A stretch of 60,352 bases of DNA from an uncultured Cytophagales bacterium (GTDB taxonomy: Bacteria; Bacteroidota; Bacteroidia; Cytophagales; Amoebophilaceae), in the NCBI GenBank assembly GCA_964455155.1, contig CAYVYH010000001.1:1-60352 (forward strand), written 5' to 3'. The first letter of the stretch is position 1. Each line of letters starts with the position of its first letter. The notes beneath the pieces are model-generated. The model worked only from the letters and a program-made list of their open reading frames with translations, was not told the origin of the DNA and did no database searches. Made by a program: the position numbers and the translations under genes. Positions 1-9,587 of the stretch are shown piece by piece.

Positions 1-459
1 TTAGACCTGCTTGGGGAGCTTGTCCAGCATCCCAAAGGCGGAGGTTGCTCCACCAAGTATCAGCCTAACTATACTTATAGCACTGTCCAAAACGAATGCG
101 GTAGTCAATCGCCTAAAGCGTCTTATTGGGTGTTGATGACGCGGGACGTGATTGAAGATAGCAGAAACAGAGATTATGTATACCAGCAGGCCTTAGTTGC
201 TCAGCATGCGACCCGCACGGAACTTCCGTATGAGTTACCTGGCGTACTAGAAGTAGCGACTGTTATCTTGTCGCACTACGTGCGTAGTGGAGAGCATCTG
301 TATGCACCAAAGACTTACACGCGGTGCCAAGAGCTGGTAATGTGGTCTGGTGCTGGTTCTGCTGCTACGATTGGAGATTTTTCCTCTGAGGGACTAAGTG
401 TCAGCCGCAGCGGCGATGACTGCGACAGCCACGGTGTGTCGTGTCTGCGGAAGTTTTAG
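1..459 (+). CDS. 3' end of an unidentified protein-coding gene (5' part lies outside the window)
   Basis: Frame 1 is open from nt 1 to the TAG at 457-459 (152 codons, ...YAPKTYTRCQELV...GVSCLRKF*). The track ORF 130..459 is only its Met-started tail. No family recognised by eye. The last ~130 nt look conspicuously GC-rich. Confidence 0.4.
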   Translation, partial: LDLLGELVQHPKGGGCSTKYQPNYTYSTVQNECGSQSPKASYWVLMTRDVIEDSRNRDYVYQQALVAQHATRTELPYELPGVLEVATVILSHYVRSGEHLYAPKTYTRCQELVMWSGAGSAATIGDFSSEGLSVSRSGDDCDSHGVSCLRKF

Positions 460-825
460 CCACTTGGCCCTTTTAGCCTCCGTCGCTTGGCGTTTGATTT
501 CGCTCGGGGCGTCCTACGCTCAGTCTATGGGGGACTTGTGCGGTGGGGCCAGTACCCACGCATGCCTTCCAAGGAGTGAAGCCTGGGGTCAATCGAGGAG
601 CATGTTGGGTCAAAAGGGAAGGTGAACTCGAAGATGGCTACAAGCGTCATTACCTGATAGCGGCAGACACAGGTTCGGTCTTAGTAGTATAACACTACCC
701 GCTGCCAACGCCTATGGGCACTTAGCTCCCACAATGGGGAGTCGGTAATCGAGTTGAACACTTCAAAATGATTTCCAAGAAGTGCTACGGAGGTGGTGCG
801 CTTTTTACGCAAAGGCTTCATCAAA

Positions 826-2145
826 TCATTTGGAGCGATTTCTAAATTCACTAGCCAAGTCAATTGACTTCATTTTGGGACCTCCAATCCAAGATGCTTG
901 ATTGCTCACATTGCCCCGGCTTTTTATGAAAACGTCGCCAGATCCGAGTAAAATCGCATCAATCAAGACATCGCGTCCCTTAATATAACTACTTTGATCT
1001 GGCATGCCACAATGAATGCTCTTGTCGATTAATTCATTATAAACTCTGCTCTCTGGGCTGTCATCTACAACACCCCGTGTACATTTTGAAGAGTCGAGCG
1101 CCAATCCTGATGTACTGACATCGGAACGTATGGAATCCGTGTAAACTGCGTTTACACCCGCATTTTTCATGTACTCCACAAATGGCTGCTCATCGGTTGC
1201 AATAAATGTAACAATGTCTTCAAGAGAACGTCCACTTGCTTCAATGAGGTCTTTGACTAGAGCTAAGCAAAATTCATAAGGCGGATGCTCAGGGTAGTCT
1301 TCACTGTCATACTTATGGCTGTATTTATCTGTGCCTCGATAATGTAGAGTGATCACGTACTTGTTGGCGAAATCGTGCTTACGTTTGAAGTCGTTAACCA
1401 TTTCCTGTATGTGCGGTCTCAATTTGAAATATTGATTCCAGATACGGTGAAACTCTTGACTACGATGACTTGGATTGCTATTCAAAGAAGTGTCTAAAGA
1501 GGCCGCGTTGAAAATCTTGATAGAACCACCCCTCTTGTGTGGTGTTGTATGCTCAAGAGTGGATTTTTTAAACTCAGCTGGGGTGATCGATTTTACGTAT
1601 GGGTTCCTGCTAATCCATCTTTTTTTCCAGTAACTCAAAGGTTGATTCGTTTGGTTGATCGGTTCGAAGTAATAGCTCAACCAATCATACTTGTTGTAGT
1701 AAGGATTTTCAGCTATAAAATGTGAACGATCCTCTTTATATAAGCCAGAATCTAGGCAAACTACTAGTTTGTGGCGCCCAGATTGTTCGCAAGCATACAA
1801 TGCATGGTTGATGGTGTAAATGACATAATGAAAGCCAGCTTGGGGGTTAAAATTCTTTAGAACAACTGTTGGCGATCCAGAAGAATAGCTGTGGCTATAT
1901 GCCATCAAGGCGGCTATAATGGTACTGAGTATTCCTAAAGCCGCGAACAGTACAATTTTCCTACGTACAGTACTCACCTTTTCATCTACAATGACAGCAC
2001 CCGGCCGGTGGGCCAAGTTACCGAAGATTACGGCCGGATAATCGTGTGGGGGAGGGAGGCTCCTAGACTGCCTTTCGTTCTTCTTGCTATAAGTTAGGCA
2101 AAAAAGTGAATCATGCGATAAAGTCTGTGATTTGTTGCTAAGCAC
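826..2145 (-). CDS. membrane-anchored glycosyltransferase, fucosyltransferase-superfamily-like (GT23/GT11/GT65-type motifs)
   Basis: 439-codon ORF with a single N-terminal TM helix (RRK-IVLFAALGILSTIIAALMAY). Motif I is LHYRGTDK (cf. HxRRxD of alpha2/alpha6/protein-O-fucosyltransferases; FUT8 HVRRTDK). It is followed by FIATDEQPF and a C-terminal DVLIDAILLGSGDVFIKSRGNVSNQASW block. There is no ATG upstream of the TM, so the start is GTG 2145 (6 nt after the ribF stop) or GTG 1977. Confidence 0.6.
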   Translation of the reverse strand: MLSNKSQTLSHDSLFCLTYSKKNERQSRSLPPPHDYPAVIFGNLAHRPGAVIVDEKVSTVRRKIVLFAALGILSTIIAALMAYSHSYSSGSPTVVLKNFNPQAGFHYVIYTINHALYACEQSGRHKLVVCLDSGLYKEDRSHFIAENPYYNKYDWLSYYFEPINQTNQPLSYWKKRWISRNPYVKSITPAEFKKSTLEHTTPHKRGGSIKIFNAASLDTSLNSNPSHRSQEFHRIWNQYFKLRPHIQEMVNDFKRKHDFANKYVITLHYRGTDKYSHKYDSEDYPEHPPYEFCLALVKDLIEASGRSLEDIVTFIATDEQPFVEYMKNAGVNAVYTDSIRSDVSTSGLALDSSKCTRGVVDDSPESRVYNELIDKSIHCGMPDQSSYIKGRDVLIDAILLGSGDVFIKSRGNVSNQASWIGGPKMKSIDLASEFRNRSK

Positions 2146-2151
2146 CTCATG

Positions 2152-2985
2152 TTAGCAAAGGTTTTTCTTAAATCTAATGCACAACTGAGGGGTATGTGAC
2201 GTTGTACTTAAAAAACTTGGCATACGCAATTCCATGGTAGCGACTCCCTTATTCCGGCTTATGCGCAAACGGCCTTCTTCAACCGAATTTTGATGAACCA
2301 CCTGGACAATATAGTAGCCATCTGCAGGAATGAGTTTGTGGGAGTTGGTTGCAACCAAGCGCATATGAAGTTGCCGTTTATTATCCGGAGTTGCGCAAAT
2401 CAGTGCGCAACTGATTTCATAAGGATATCCCAGATAAGCATGCGCCTTTTCCACATCGCCTCCCAGCAAAAGCTGTCTGATTTTGGTAGCACTGATGGTG
2501 ACTGTATCTATGGTTTGCGGAGATATTTCTTCGACAGCGAAATCATGATGCTGTCCTTCTTCTCGTAGCAAAGCAAGATCGCCTGCTCTACCTTTACCAA
2601 AATGATGATCGTAGCCGATTACCAGCTTTTTTACACCCACTTGTGCTACTAGTACTTGTTGAATAAAATTTTTAGCACTGAGTTGCGAGAAGGCTTTTGT
2701 AAACCGTATGCTTATGCAATGGTCAATACCCAACTTTTTCAATAGGCTTATCTTTTCTTCGGAAGTAGTTAGGAGGCGGATAGGCGCTGGGGCGAGCGGG
2801 GCAAGTACCAGATTTGGATGGGGCCAGAAAGTAATCACAACTGCCTCGCCACCTACTTCTTTCGCCTGGGCACATAGCCGCCGAAGCAATTGCTGGTGGC
2901 CCCAATGTACCCCATCAAAAGTACCCATGGAAACTACGGCATTGCTAAGTTTTTGAAATACTTCGATGCTTTCGTACACCCTCAT
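2152..2985 (-). CDS. ribF: bifunctional riboflavin kinase/FMN adenylyltransferase homologue (FMNAT module intact, kinase module divergent)
   Basis: N-terminal FAD-synthetase motifs GTFDGVHWGH, ITFWPHP and GYDHHFGKGR. ATGA overlap with the truB stop. At 277 aa it is shorter than typical RibF, and the C-terminal module lacks a recognisable G-x-x-G-F-P-T-A-N motif. Confidence 0.85.
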   Translation of the reverse strand: MRVYESIEVFQKLSNAVVSMGTFDGVHWGHQQLLRRLCAQAKEVGGEAVVITFWPHPNLVLAPLAPAPIRLLTTSEEKISLLKKLGIDHCISIRFTKAFSQLSAKNFIQQVLVAQVGVKKLVIGYDHHFGKGRAGDLALLREEGQHHDFAVEEISPQTIDTVTISATKIRQLLLGGDVEKAHAYLGYPYEISCALICATPDNKRQLHMRLVATNSHKLIPADGYYIVQVVHQNSVEEGRLRISRNKGVATMELRMPSFLSTTSHTPQLCIRFKKNLC

Positions 2986-3704
2986 GATGACTTATGTGCT
3001 TCTTGCTGAAGTCGATGCCCTGACCAGTCTTTCATATCGTAGGCATCTTCAAGTCCAAAGGGCCCGATACGTGTTCTACATAAGGATTTTAGGTAAGCAC
3101 CTACACCAAGCTGTAGTCCGAAATCGCGTACGAGTCCTCGAATGTATGTGCCTTTCCCACAAGTCACTTCAAACTTGATGCTGGGGATCTCAATTGAGGT
3201 AATCACAAAGGAACGAATAAAAACTTGTCTAGGAGCTAGGACGATTGGTTGACCCTGCCGTGCTTTTTTGTAGGCTCTTACCCCACGGGTTTTAATGGCC
3301 GAATATACAGGAGGAATTTGGCTGGTATAGCCCAAAAAAGTAGGTGCCAACTCTCTGATTTCCGATTCTGTAAGGTCTGCATAAGATGTTTCGCTATCAA
3401 AGTCTGTCTCTAGGTCTATGGAAGGCGTTGTCCTCCCAAGGACCATTTCTCCAGTATATACCTTTTCCAAGCCCTGGTAATAACTGATGTCTTTTGTCTT
3501 TTTACCCGTACAAACGAGCAATACTCCCGTAGCCAAAGGGTCTAGTGTGCCTGCGTGTCCTATCTTCTTGACAGCCAAAAGTGAACGTAACTTCTTGATG
3601 ATATCGAAGGAAGTCCAAAGAGGGGGTTTGTTAAATGTTAAAACAGCACCTTCCTCAATATGATGATGCTCATAAGGGAGTGGGTAGGGATGTAGGATAG
3701 CCAT
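2982..3704 (-). CDS. truB: tRNA pseudouridine(55) synthase
   Basis: TruB motifs FNKPPLWTSFDII, KIGHAGTLDPLATGVLLVC (catalytic Asp) and YSAIKTRGVRAYKKAR. ATG 3704 chosen. The track ORF runs to 3872, but the extra 56 codons have no TruB counterpart. Confidence 0.9.
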   Translation of the reverse strand: MAILHPYPLPYEHHHIEEGAVLTFNKPPLWTSFDIIKKLRSLLAVKKIGHAGTLDPLATGVLLVCTGKKTKDISYYQGLEKVYTGEMVLGRTTPSIDLETDFDSETSYADLTESEIRELAPTFLGYTSQIPPVYSAIKTRGVRAYKKARQGQPIVLAPRQVFIRSFVITSIEIPSIKFEVTCGKGTYIRGLVRDFGLQLGVGAYLKSLCRTRIGPFGLEDAYDMKDWSGHRLQQEAHKSS

Positions 3705-3902
3705 AAGACACTGAATAAAATTGGTCAGAAGTACTTGCTTTTGCACATGATTTTGAAGGAAGTTAGTAATCGTGTGAGGCACTACCACTGTTTGCTTTGA
3801 TACAAAGAAAGTGAAGTCTGATTCAACACCGAGATCCCTTGCAGTGAAGTAACTAGTAGGGGATTTTCCCAAAAGGGGAGCAGGCTATCACGGCGGTTCA
3901 AA

Positions 3903-4808
3903 CTAGTATAAATCGTCCAATGACATATTCAAATACTTACTAATCGCCCGGTAAGTGCTCATAAAACTGATGAGCACACCCAGTGCAAGGATAAAGCCCA
4001 GTAGCATAAAAACCTGGAGAGGCTCTTGTAGTTTAACAAGTGACTCTATTTGCTTATTAGCAATGCACAATAACAAGACCAGCAAAGTGTCAGCGATTGT
4101 GCCGGCCATTAAGCCAGTAAGGAGTGCTCTTGTGAGGAAAGGTCTTCTAATAAAAGCAGCAGTAGCGCCTACAAGCTGCATACTTCTAACTAAAAAACGT
4201 TGGGAATAGACAGCCAACCTGATAGTACTGTTGATCAGTACGCTGACCACCACCAGTAGGATGGTAGAAAAAACGACTAGTACAATGCCCAACTTGGCTA
4301 TATTTTCGTTGATAGAAGTTACTAGACTTTCCACATAATCTACCTCAAAAACGCCACTCATGGCTTCTAATTCGCGTTTGATCGCTTGGAGCTTTTTCTT
4401 ACTCTGATGGCTAGGGGCAATACTGACTATATAAGTATCTCTCAAGGGATTTTCATCTAACACTTGCAAAAAGTCTTCCCCAGTTGCTTTGATAAACTCT
4501 TGCGCAGCGTCTTCTTTAGCAAGGAATTTGAGTTGGGCATGGCCATCCTTCTTTAAGACAAAATCTTTTTTGCTTAGCAGCTGACTGATTCGTACACTTT
4601 CTTCCTCTGGGATATTTTTGTGTAGATAAACCTGAATCTTCACATGCTCTTTGATCATGTCTGTGAGTTTGGCCGCATGCAACATCAGAAAACCAAACAG
4701 CCCTACGACCAACAAAGCTAGTATGGTGCTAAAGACCACACTGATGATAGGATAACTGCCTAGCTCGCTTTTTCCTTTGCGTTGGTAACGCCTCATGATC
4801 GGTTTCAA
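3903..4808 (-). CDS. ftsX: cell division protein FtsX-like ABC permease
   Basis: 301 aa with FtsX topology: N-terminal TM, an extracytoplasmic domain of ~100 aa, then three C-terminal TMs. Size and layout match FtsX. Confidence 0.8.
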   Translation of the reverse strand: MKPIMRRYQRKGKSELGSYPIISVVFSTILALLVVGLFGFLMLHAAKLTDMIKEHVKIQVYLHKNIPEEESVRISQLLSKKDFVLKKDGHAQLKFLAKEDAAQEFIKATGEDFLQVLDENPLRDTYIVSIAPSHQSKKKLQAIKRELEAMSGVFEVDYVESLVTSINENIAKLGIVLVVFSTILLVVVSVLINSTIRLAVYSQRFLVRSMQLVGATAAFIRRPFLTRALLTGLMAGTIADTLLVLLLCIANKQIESLVKLQEPLQVFMLLGFILALGVLISFMSTYRAISKYLNMSLDDLY

Positions 4809-4846
4809 TTTACGAGTGCCTCGTCCTGCTTGCAGTGACTGATTGC

Positions 4847-6823
4847 TTAATCAAAAAATGACCAGCTTATACCGATGTCGAATGCTTTCTTTTGCCCAGG
4901 ATAAAATGGTGTCACAAAATAGCCTCGAGGGTTTGCTGGGAGCCAGGATTCGTTACAGTGGCTGAACTTAAGGAAAGCGATGAAATTCTGGATCCTGAAG
5001 TCAAGAAAAAGGTCGATGATGGGATAACTGTATACGGTGAACGTATCTTGATGATAAAATTGCTGTGTGACCGGGTCATAACCATCTGCCTTGTACGAAG
5101 ACTTCCAGTGTACGTCTACGCCTGCCTCAAAGGTGCCGTTGCCTGCGGTAGTTGTGTTGGTGTAATACAGTTTGGAGTTGATCAGGAAATCAGGAACGCT
5201 GAAAATCTCAGTGCTATTTCCTAATGTTCTAGCAGCAGTAAGTTCGCTACACCAGCGTACGTGCGCCCCAAAGGCCAATTCTAGGTCGGCACCCAGCGTT
5301 ATCATGTTGACATCCTTTTTGATTTGTCTGGGCTCAGCAATTGTTATAACCTTCCGATTGGAAGCACGGTTGGAGCTCTGAACTTTGTATTCAAAGAAGA
5401 TAGGGCTATTGATTCTCGTTAAACTTACGCTTGGTTTTAATTGTACATGATCATTTGCTAGCCGCAAACCACCGCTGATCTGTGTGGCTGTGGGGGGAGA
5501 GAATACGTTGCTCCAGTTGCGATGATAGCCGTGATATCGCTGTGCCAAGAAAGAAGGCTCGTGTTTGATGTGCTCACACGATAGGTCAAACTTAGCTCCC
5601 TTATAAGCCGCACGAGCTTTGTGGCCTCCTTGTAGCAAGTATTCTGCGCACAGATGTAGCGAAGATGGACTGCCTTTCAGGTCATACCTGGTGTATAAGC
5701 CTGCGTAGTGTTCCTGTAGGTCTTTGTTATCTGCCTCTTTTGATGGTCTGCATTCAATTTTTTTGTGACGATAATAACCACTGTAAAACCAACCTCGCCA
5801 TTCTCCTTTTACTCCCAGCGTATTTTGGACGTTCCACACGGCCGTTGTCGACTCAATGTGACCATCTGACGCCTCACCCCCCAGGAATATGGCAGCTTCT
5901 TGAGGTAGTGGGTCTACTTCAAACTGGTATGTCTCTTTCCGAATTTCTAACTCGTGGTACGACCAAAGTCGTTCGGACAACGCTAACTGATGGTACAAAT
6001 GGAAGCGTTTTCTGGCGTCACTGCTTTCTAGCTTATCCTTCAGGTTGATAGGGATCAGTTGGTTAACCATGCTGTGATACCAGAGCTCATACTCAGCGTT
6101 TTTTTTTCTACGTGTGCGGTATTTTCGAGTGTAAATCCCCCCAGTCTCTCGTACACGGTGTTTCGCAGTCAAGAAATGCGCCAATAACTGATACTGTTCG
6201 TTTGGGGTCTTGTAGTGCGTGAAAAAATCCATTCCATAAGAGATGACATGCTTATCTCCGCGTCTGCTGGGTAACCACTCCTTATCCGTCATCATGTTTC
6301 GGAAGTTGGCTCCTATGTTCCAGTTGGGCGTTACGTTGCGACTGTGGCATATATCAGCATAGAAACTTCCAAAACGAGCCAGCATGACATACATCTTAGA
6401 GTAGGGCGATTTAGTATCGTAGTACCTAAACTGACAAGGACTCCTAAAGTAAGTGTCATAAGCATGAAAGCCTGATGTAAATCCTATGTCGTCAGGCATG
6501 ACATAAAAAATGGGCTTGGTGGCTGTCCCATTGTTTCCCAAGTTTTGGAGCTTGTTACCATACCGTTGCACAAAGGTAAAGCGATGTATATCACTGATGC
6601 TCGCGTCTTCCGCTACGGCTTTGTACCCTCCCTGGTTATATTGGATATTTTCTTGCGTTGTGAATAGGGTGGTGGTAGCATTGTATACGCCTTGTGGTTG
6701 GTCGTCAAGATACTTGCTCTCCTGCGCCTGCGCGGGAGCCACGCTCATCGCAAGGATAACCCACCATATGTGTTTACGGAACTTCACGTCCAAAATTAGT
6801 GACAAAAATAATGTTTGCCTCAT
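4847..6823 (-). CDS. outer-membrane beta-barrel protein (Bacteroidota 'putative porin' type)
   Basis: 658 aa with a signal peptide ending ...SVAPAQAQE. Aromatic-rich alternating beta-strand-like composition throughout, with an aromatic-rich C-terminus (ISWSFFD). Confidence 0.6.
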   Translation of the reverse strand: MRQTLFLSLILDVKFRKHIWWVILAMSVAPAQAQESKYLDDQPQGVYNATTTLFTTQENIQYNQGGYKAVAEDASISDIHRFTFVQRYGNKLQNLGNNGTATKPIFYVMPDDIGFTSGFHAYDTYFRSPCQFRYYDTKSPYSKMYVMLARFGSFYADICHSRNVTPNWNIGANFRNMMTDKEWLPSRRGDKHVISYGMDFFTHYKTPNEQYQLLAHFLTAKHRVRETGGIYTRKYRTRRKKNAEYELWYHSMVNQLIPINLKDKLESSDARKRFHLYHQLALSERLWSYHELEIRKETYQFEVDPLPQEAAIFLGGEASDGHIESTTAVWNVQNTLGVKGEWRGWFYSGYYRHKKIECRPSKEADNKDLQEHYAGLYTRYDLKGSPSSLHLCAEYLLQGGHKARAAYKGAKFDLSCEHIKHEPSFLAQRYHGYHRNWSNVFSPPTATQISGGLRLANDHVQLKPSVSLTRINSPIFFEYKVQSSNRASNRKVITIAEPRQIKKDVNMITLGADLELAFGAHVRWCSELTAARTLGNSTEIFSVPDFLINSKLYYTNTTTAGNGTFEAGVDVHWKSSYKADGYDPVTQQFYHQDTFTVYSYPIIDLFLDFRIQNFIAFLKFSHCNESWLPANPRGYFVTPFYPGQKKAFDIGISWSFFD

Positions 6824-6940
6824 GTAACAGTGATAGCAGATTCTTTACAAATCTGGGAGTTATCTTTAGTGAGACTCTCGGCAGCGAAATTGCTAGCTTC
6901 GTCGGTCGATTTAATGGTGGTCACCCAAACCATCGACAGC

Positions 6941-8038
6941 ATGGTCAAGATACGAGATATTGTAAGTTATGTGGAGCGGATCTTTCCTCCAGCGTATCAG
7001 GAGGATTATGACAATGTAGGCCTGGTGATTGGAGATTCCTCTGTTCCAGTCGAAGGTGTGCTCACTTGTTTGGATATTACAGAGCTAGTACTGTACGAGG
7101 CCAAAGAGAGAAATTGCAATCTCGTCATTGCGCATCATCCGATCATTTTCAGGCCTATCACCAGCTTAAATGGTAAGAACGATACAGAAAGATGTATCAT
7201 ATATGCCATCAGGCAGCAGATAGCCATTTACACGCTTCATACTAATCTCGATAACGTGGCCTGGGGGGGGAATCGAAAAATGGCACAGGCTTTAAGTCTT
7301 AATAACTTGTCTATTTTACTTCCTAAGCCAGGCACTCTGAGCCAACTGACCGCTTTTGTCCCCCATTCAGCTGCCGACCATGTACTTCAGGCCCTCTATG
7401 CAGAAGGCGCAGGTTGTATTAGTGATTATATTCACCATCATGTTGACACATTAGAAGTAGGTTTTAAAGAGCCTGCTGCAATGGTAAGCACGCATCCAGT
7501 AGTAGCCAAAAAGCTCGAAAAAACGGAAGAAAGTAGGGTAGAAGTAGTATTCCCTACACATCTGGAAACGTCTGTACTTCGAGCTTTACAGGCTACTCAT
7601 CCCTGTAAAGAGGCAGTCTATTACGTGCATAAACTAAAGAACACAGATGTTGGGGTAGGTTCTGGCATGGTAGGGGAGCTCCCCCGATCCATGAGTAGCC
7701 AAGCATTCTTGAAGTATCTTAAAGAAAAAATGCAGTTGACTTGTGTGAGGCACACAGCTCCCATAGCGCGTCCTATCAGGCGTGTAGCTGTATGTGGTGG
7801 ATCGGGAAGTTTTCTCGTCTATGCGGCCCTCCTCAAGCAAGCGGATGCGTTGGTAACTTCTGACATGAAGTATCATGATTTTTTCAAGGCCGAGGGCCAG
7901 ATTCTCCTCGTTGATGTAGGTCACTATGAAAGTGAAGTAGGTACGAAAGCGCTGATCCATACACTACTGTCTGAAAAATTTGTTAACATTACGGTCTTTG
8001 AGTGTAGCACTGTAACCAATCCTGTGCACTACCTTTAA
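6941..8038 (+). CDS. Nif3-like dinuclear metal-centre protein (YbgI / GTP cyclohydrolase 1 type 2 homologue)
   Basis: NIF3 motifs NLVIAHHPIIFRP, IYTLHTNLDNV and VDVGHYESEV, with an inserted PII-like middle domain. ATG 6941 (MVKIRDIVSYVE...) is preferred over the track start at 6815. Confidence 0.85.
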   Translation: MVKIRDIVSYVERIFPPAYQEDYDNVGLVIGDSSVPVEGVLTCLDITELVLYEAKERNCNLVIAHHPIIFRPITSLNGKNDTERCIIYAIRQQIAIYTLHTNLDNVAWGGNRKMAQALSLNNLSILLPKPGTLSQLTAFVPHSAADHVLQALYAEGAGCISDYIHHHVDTLEVGFKEPAAMVSTHPVVAKKLEKTEESRVEVVFPTHLETSVLRALQATHPCKEAVYYVHKLKNTDVGVGSGMVGELPRSMSSQAFLKYLKEKMQLTCVRHTAPIARPIRRVAVCGGSGSFLVYAALLKQADALVTSDMKYHDFFKAEGQILLVDVGHYESEVGTKALIHTLLSEKFVNITVFECSTVTNPVHYL

Positions 8039-8065
8039 CGAGACTAACGATTGTCAACCAAGTAC

Positions 8066-8809
8066 ATGGAGGAAACTATTGAAAGAAAGCTCGACGCTCT
8101 TCTCGACTTACAAGCTATTGACTGCGAGTTGGATAATATCGTCAAAATGAGGGGGATGCTTCCTAAAGAAGTAAAGAATTTAGAGAATGACTTAGCAAGT
8201 CTACAGACGCGTTCGATTGATATCCAGGAAGAGCTCTCTAACCTAGAGCAAGATATTGTCACCCAGCGAACGAAGATCAAGACAGTACAAGCCCTGGTTA
8301 AAAAATATGAAGAGCAGCAAATGGATGTGCGCAATAACAGGGAATATGATGCTATCACTAAGGAAATAGATCTGCAGAAATTAGAGATGCAGCTTGCAGA
8401 GAAAAAAAGTAGGAATGCCTACGAACAAATAGACAAGAAAAAGTTAGTACTGGAGCAATGCCAAAAAAGCATAAGTGACAATAAGCAGGCATTGACAGAC
8501 AAGCAAGAGGCATTGCATGCGCTGACGGAAGAAAGCAAAGAAGAGGAACAAAAGTTACACGGACAGCGTATCAGGGTGATAAAAAATGTTGATGAACAGC
8601 TCTTACAATCATATGATCGAATTCGAGCAAATGTTAGCAATGGACTTGCCGTTGTTGTTGTCACAAGAGAAGCTTGTGGGGGCTGTTTCAGTAAAGTACC
8701 TCCCCAAAAACAGGCAGATGTTCAGGAGCGGAAAAGCATGATCATGTGTGAGCACTGTGGGAGGATTATTGCTGACGTCATTGTTGTAGAAGAACCAGAG
8801 GACGAGTAA
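8066..8809 (+). CDS. zinc-ribbon coiled-coil protein (DUF164 / C4-type zinc ribbon family)
   Basis: Long coiled-coil region followed by CGGC...CEHCGR. Immediately downstream of the Nif3-like gene, which is the usual pairing. ATG 8066; the track ORF starts at TTG 8051. Confidence 0.8.
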   Translation: MEETIERKLDALLDLQAIDCELDNIVKMRGMLPKEVKNLENDLASLQTRSIDIQEELSNLEQDIVTQRTKIKTVQALVKKYEEQQMDVRNNREYDAITKEIDLQKLEMQLAEKKSRNAYEQIDKKKLVLEQCQKSISDNKQALTDKQEALHALTEESKEEEQKLHGQRIRVIKNVDEQLLQSYDRIRANVSNGLAVVVVTREACGGCFSKVPPQKQADVQERKSMIMCEHCGRIIADVIVVEEPEDE

Positions 8810-9587
8810 GCAGAGGCTTTAGGTGTATCTTCCATGCTCATAGTAGCCGATTCTGTGGGGGCTACTTTTGCATGACCAAGGTCTCTTTGCTCTGCTAAGA
8901 GACCCTATAAGAGTATTTGTAAACTTGCTAGACCGGTCTATCATTGTCTGTTGGAGGGTGATGTTAAGCTTCGCTGCCAGGCTGGTTTCAGTTGCTGCCG
9001 CTCACACGTTGAATGCTGACTCCTTTTCGACTCCTGCGTTCTTTTTTTAGGCAATTCATGGTCGCTTGCCACGAAGGCACTCTCCCGATACACTACCAGA
9101 ACTTTGCCTCGAGAGGGATCTTAGTCACAGACTTCTTCTACCGTGAATGTCTGTGTCAAGGATTACTGTTTTCTCTACGACCATATGCTTGCTACCTCAG
9201 TCCTGAGTCTACCATACCTCATAGTTTTTTCTTGCTACTCAGTAGATACGCTTGGTGCAACTTTACATTGGCATGTGTGCACCGACAAGAAGTCATGACC
9301 TCTGCCATGGATTACATGCAATTGTCCAGAATATGTAAGTACTAAAACAAAAAAATGTACATATAAATTTATTTGTACTGTTTACTAGGCGATAACCGTT
9401 TTGATAGTTCCCAAGAGACTACAGCGTGTCATCATTTTGAACAATTTTTACCCCATAGTGCAGCGTACTCATTTTGGGTTACACGCAGATTTCTCAGATT
9501 TTTACTTACTTCGTTCCACTTGTGTATGTATATGAGGATCCGGTGGTGTGGCTGCCAGTTTTTTCTGGGAAATGTGGTAAGGCTTAT

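Noticed and set aside
3705-3872. Long 5' extensions of track ORFs: truB to 3872, Nif3 from 6815, EamA to 12494, M16 from 36929 and the FAD oxidoreductase to 50058.
   Set aside because: In each case the extra codons precede the conserved N-terminus of the family and/or overlap the neighbouring gene. An internal ATG sits exactly where homologues begin.
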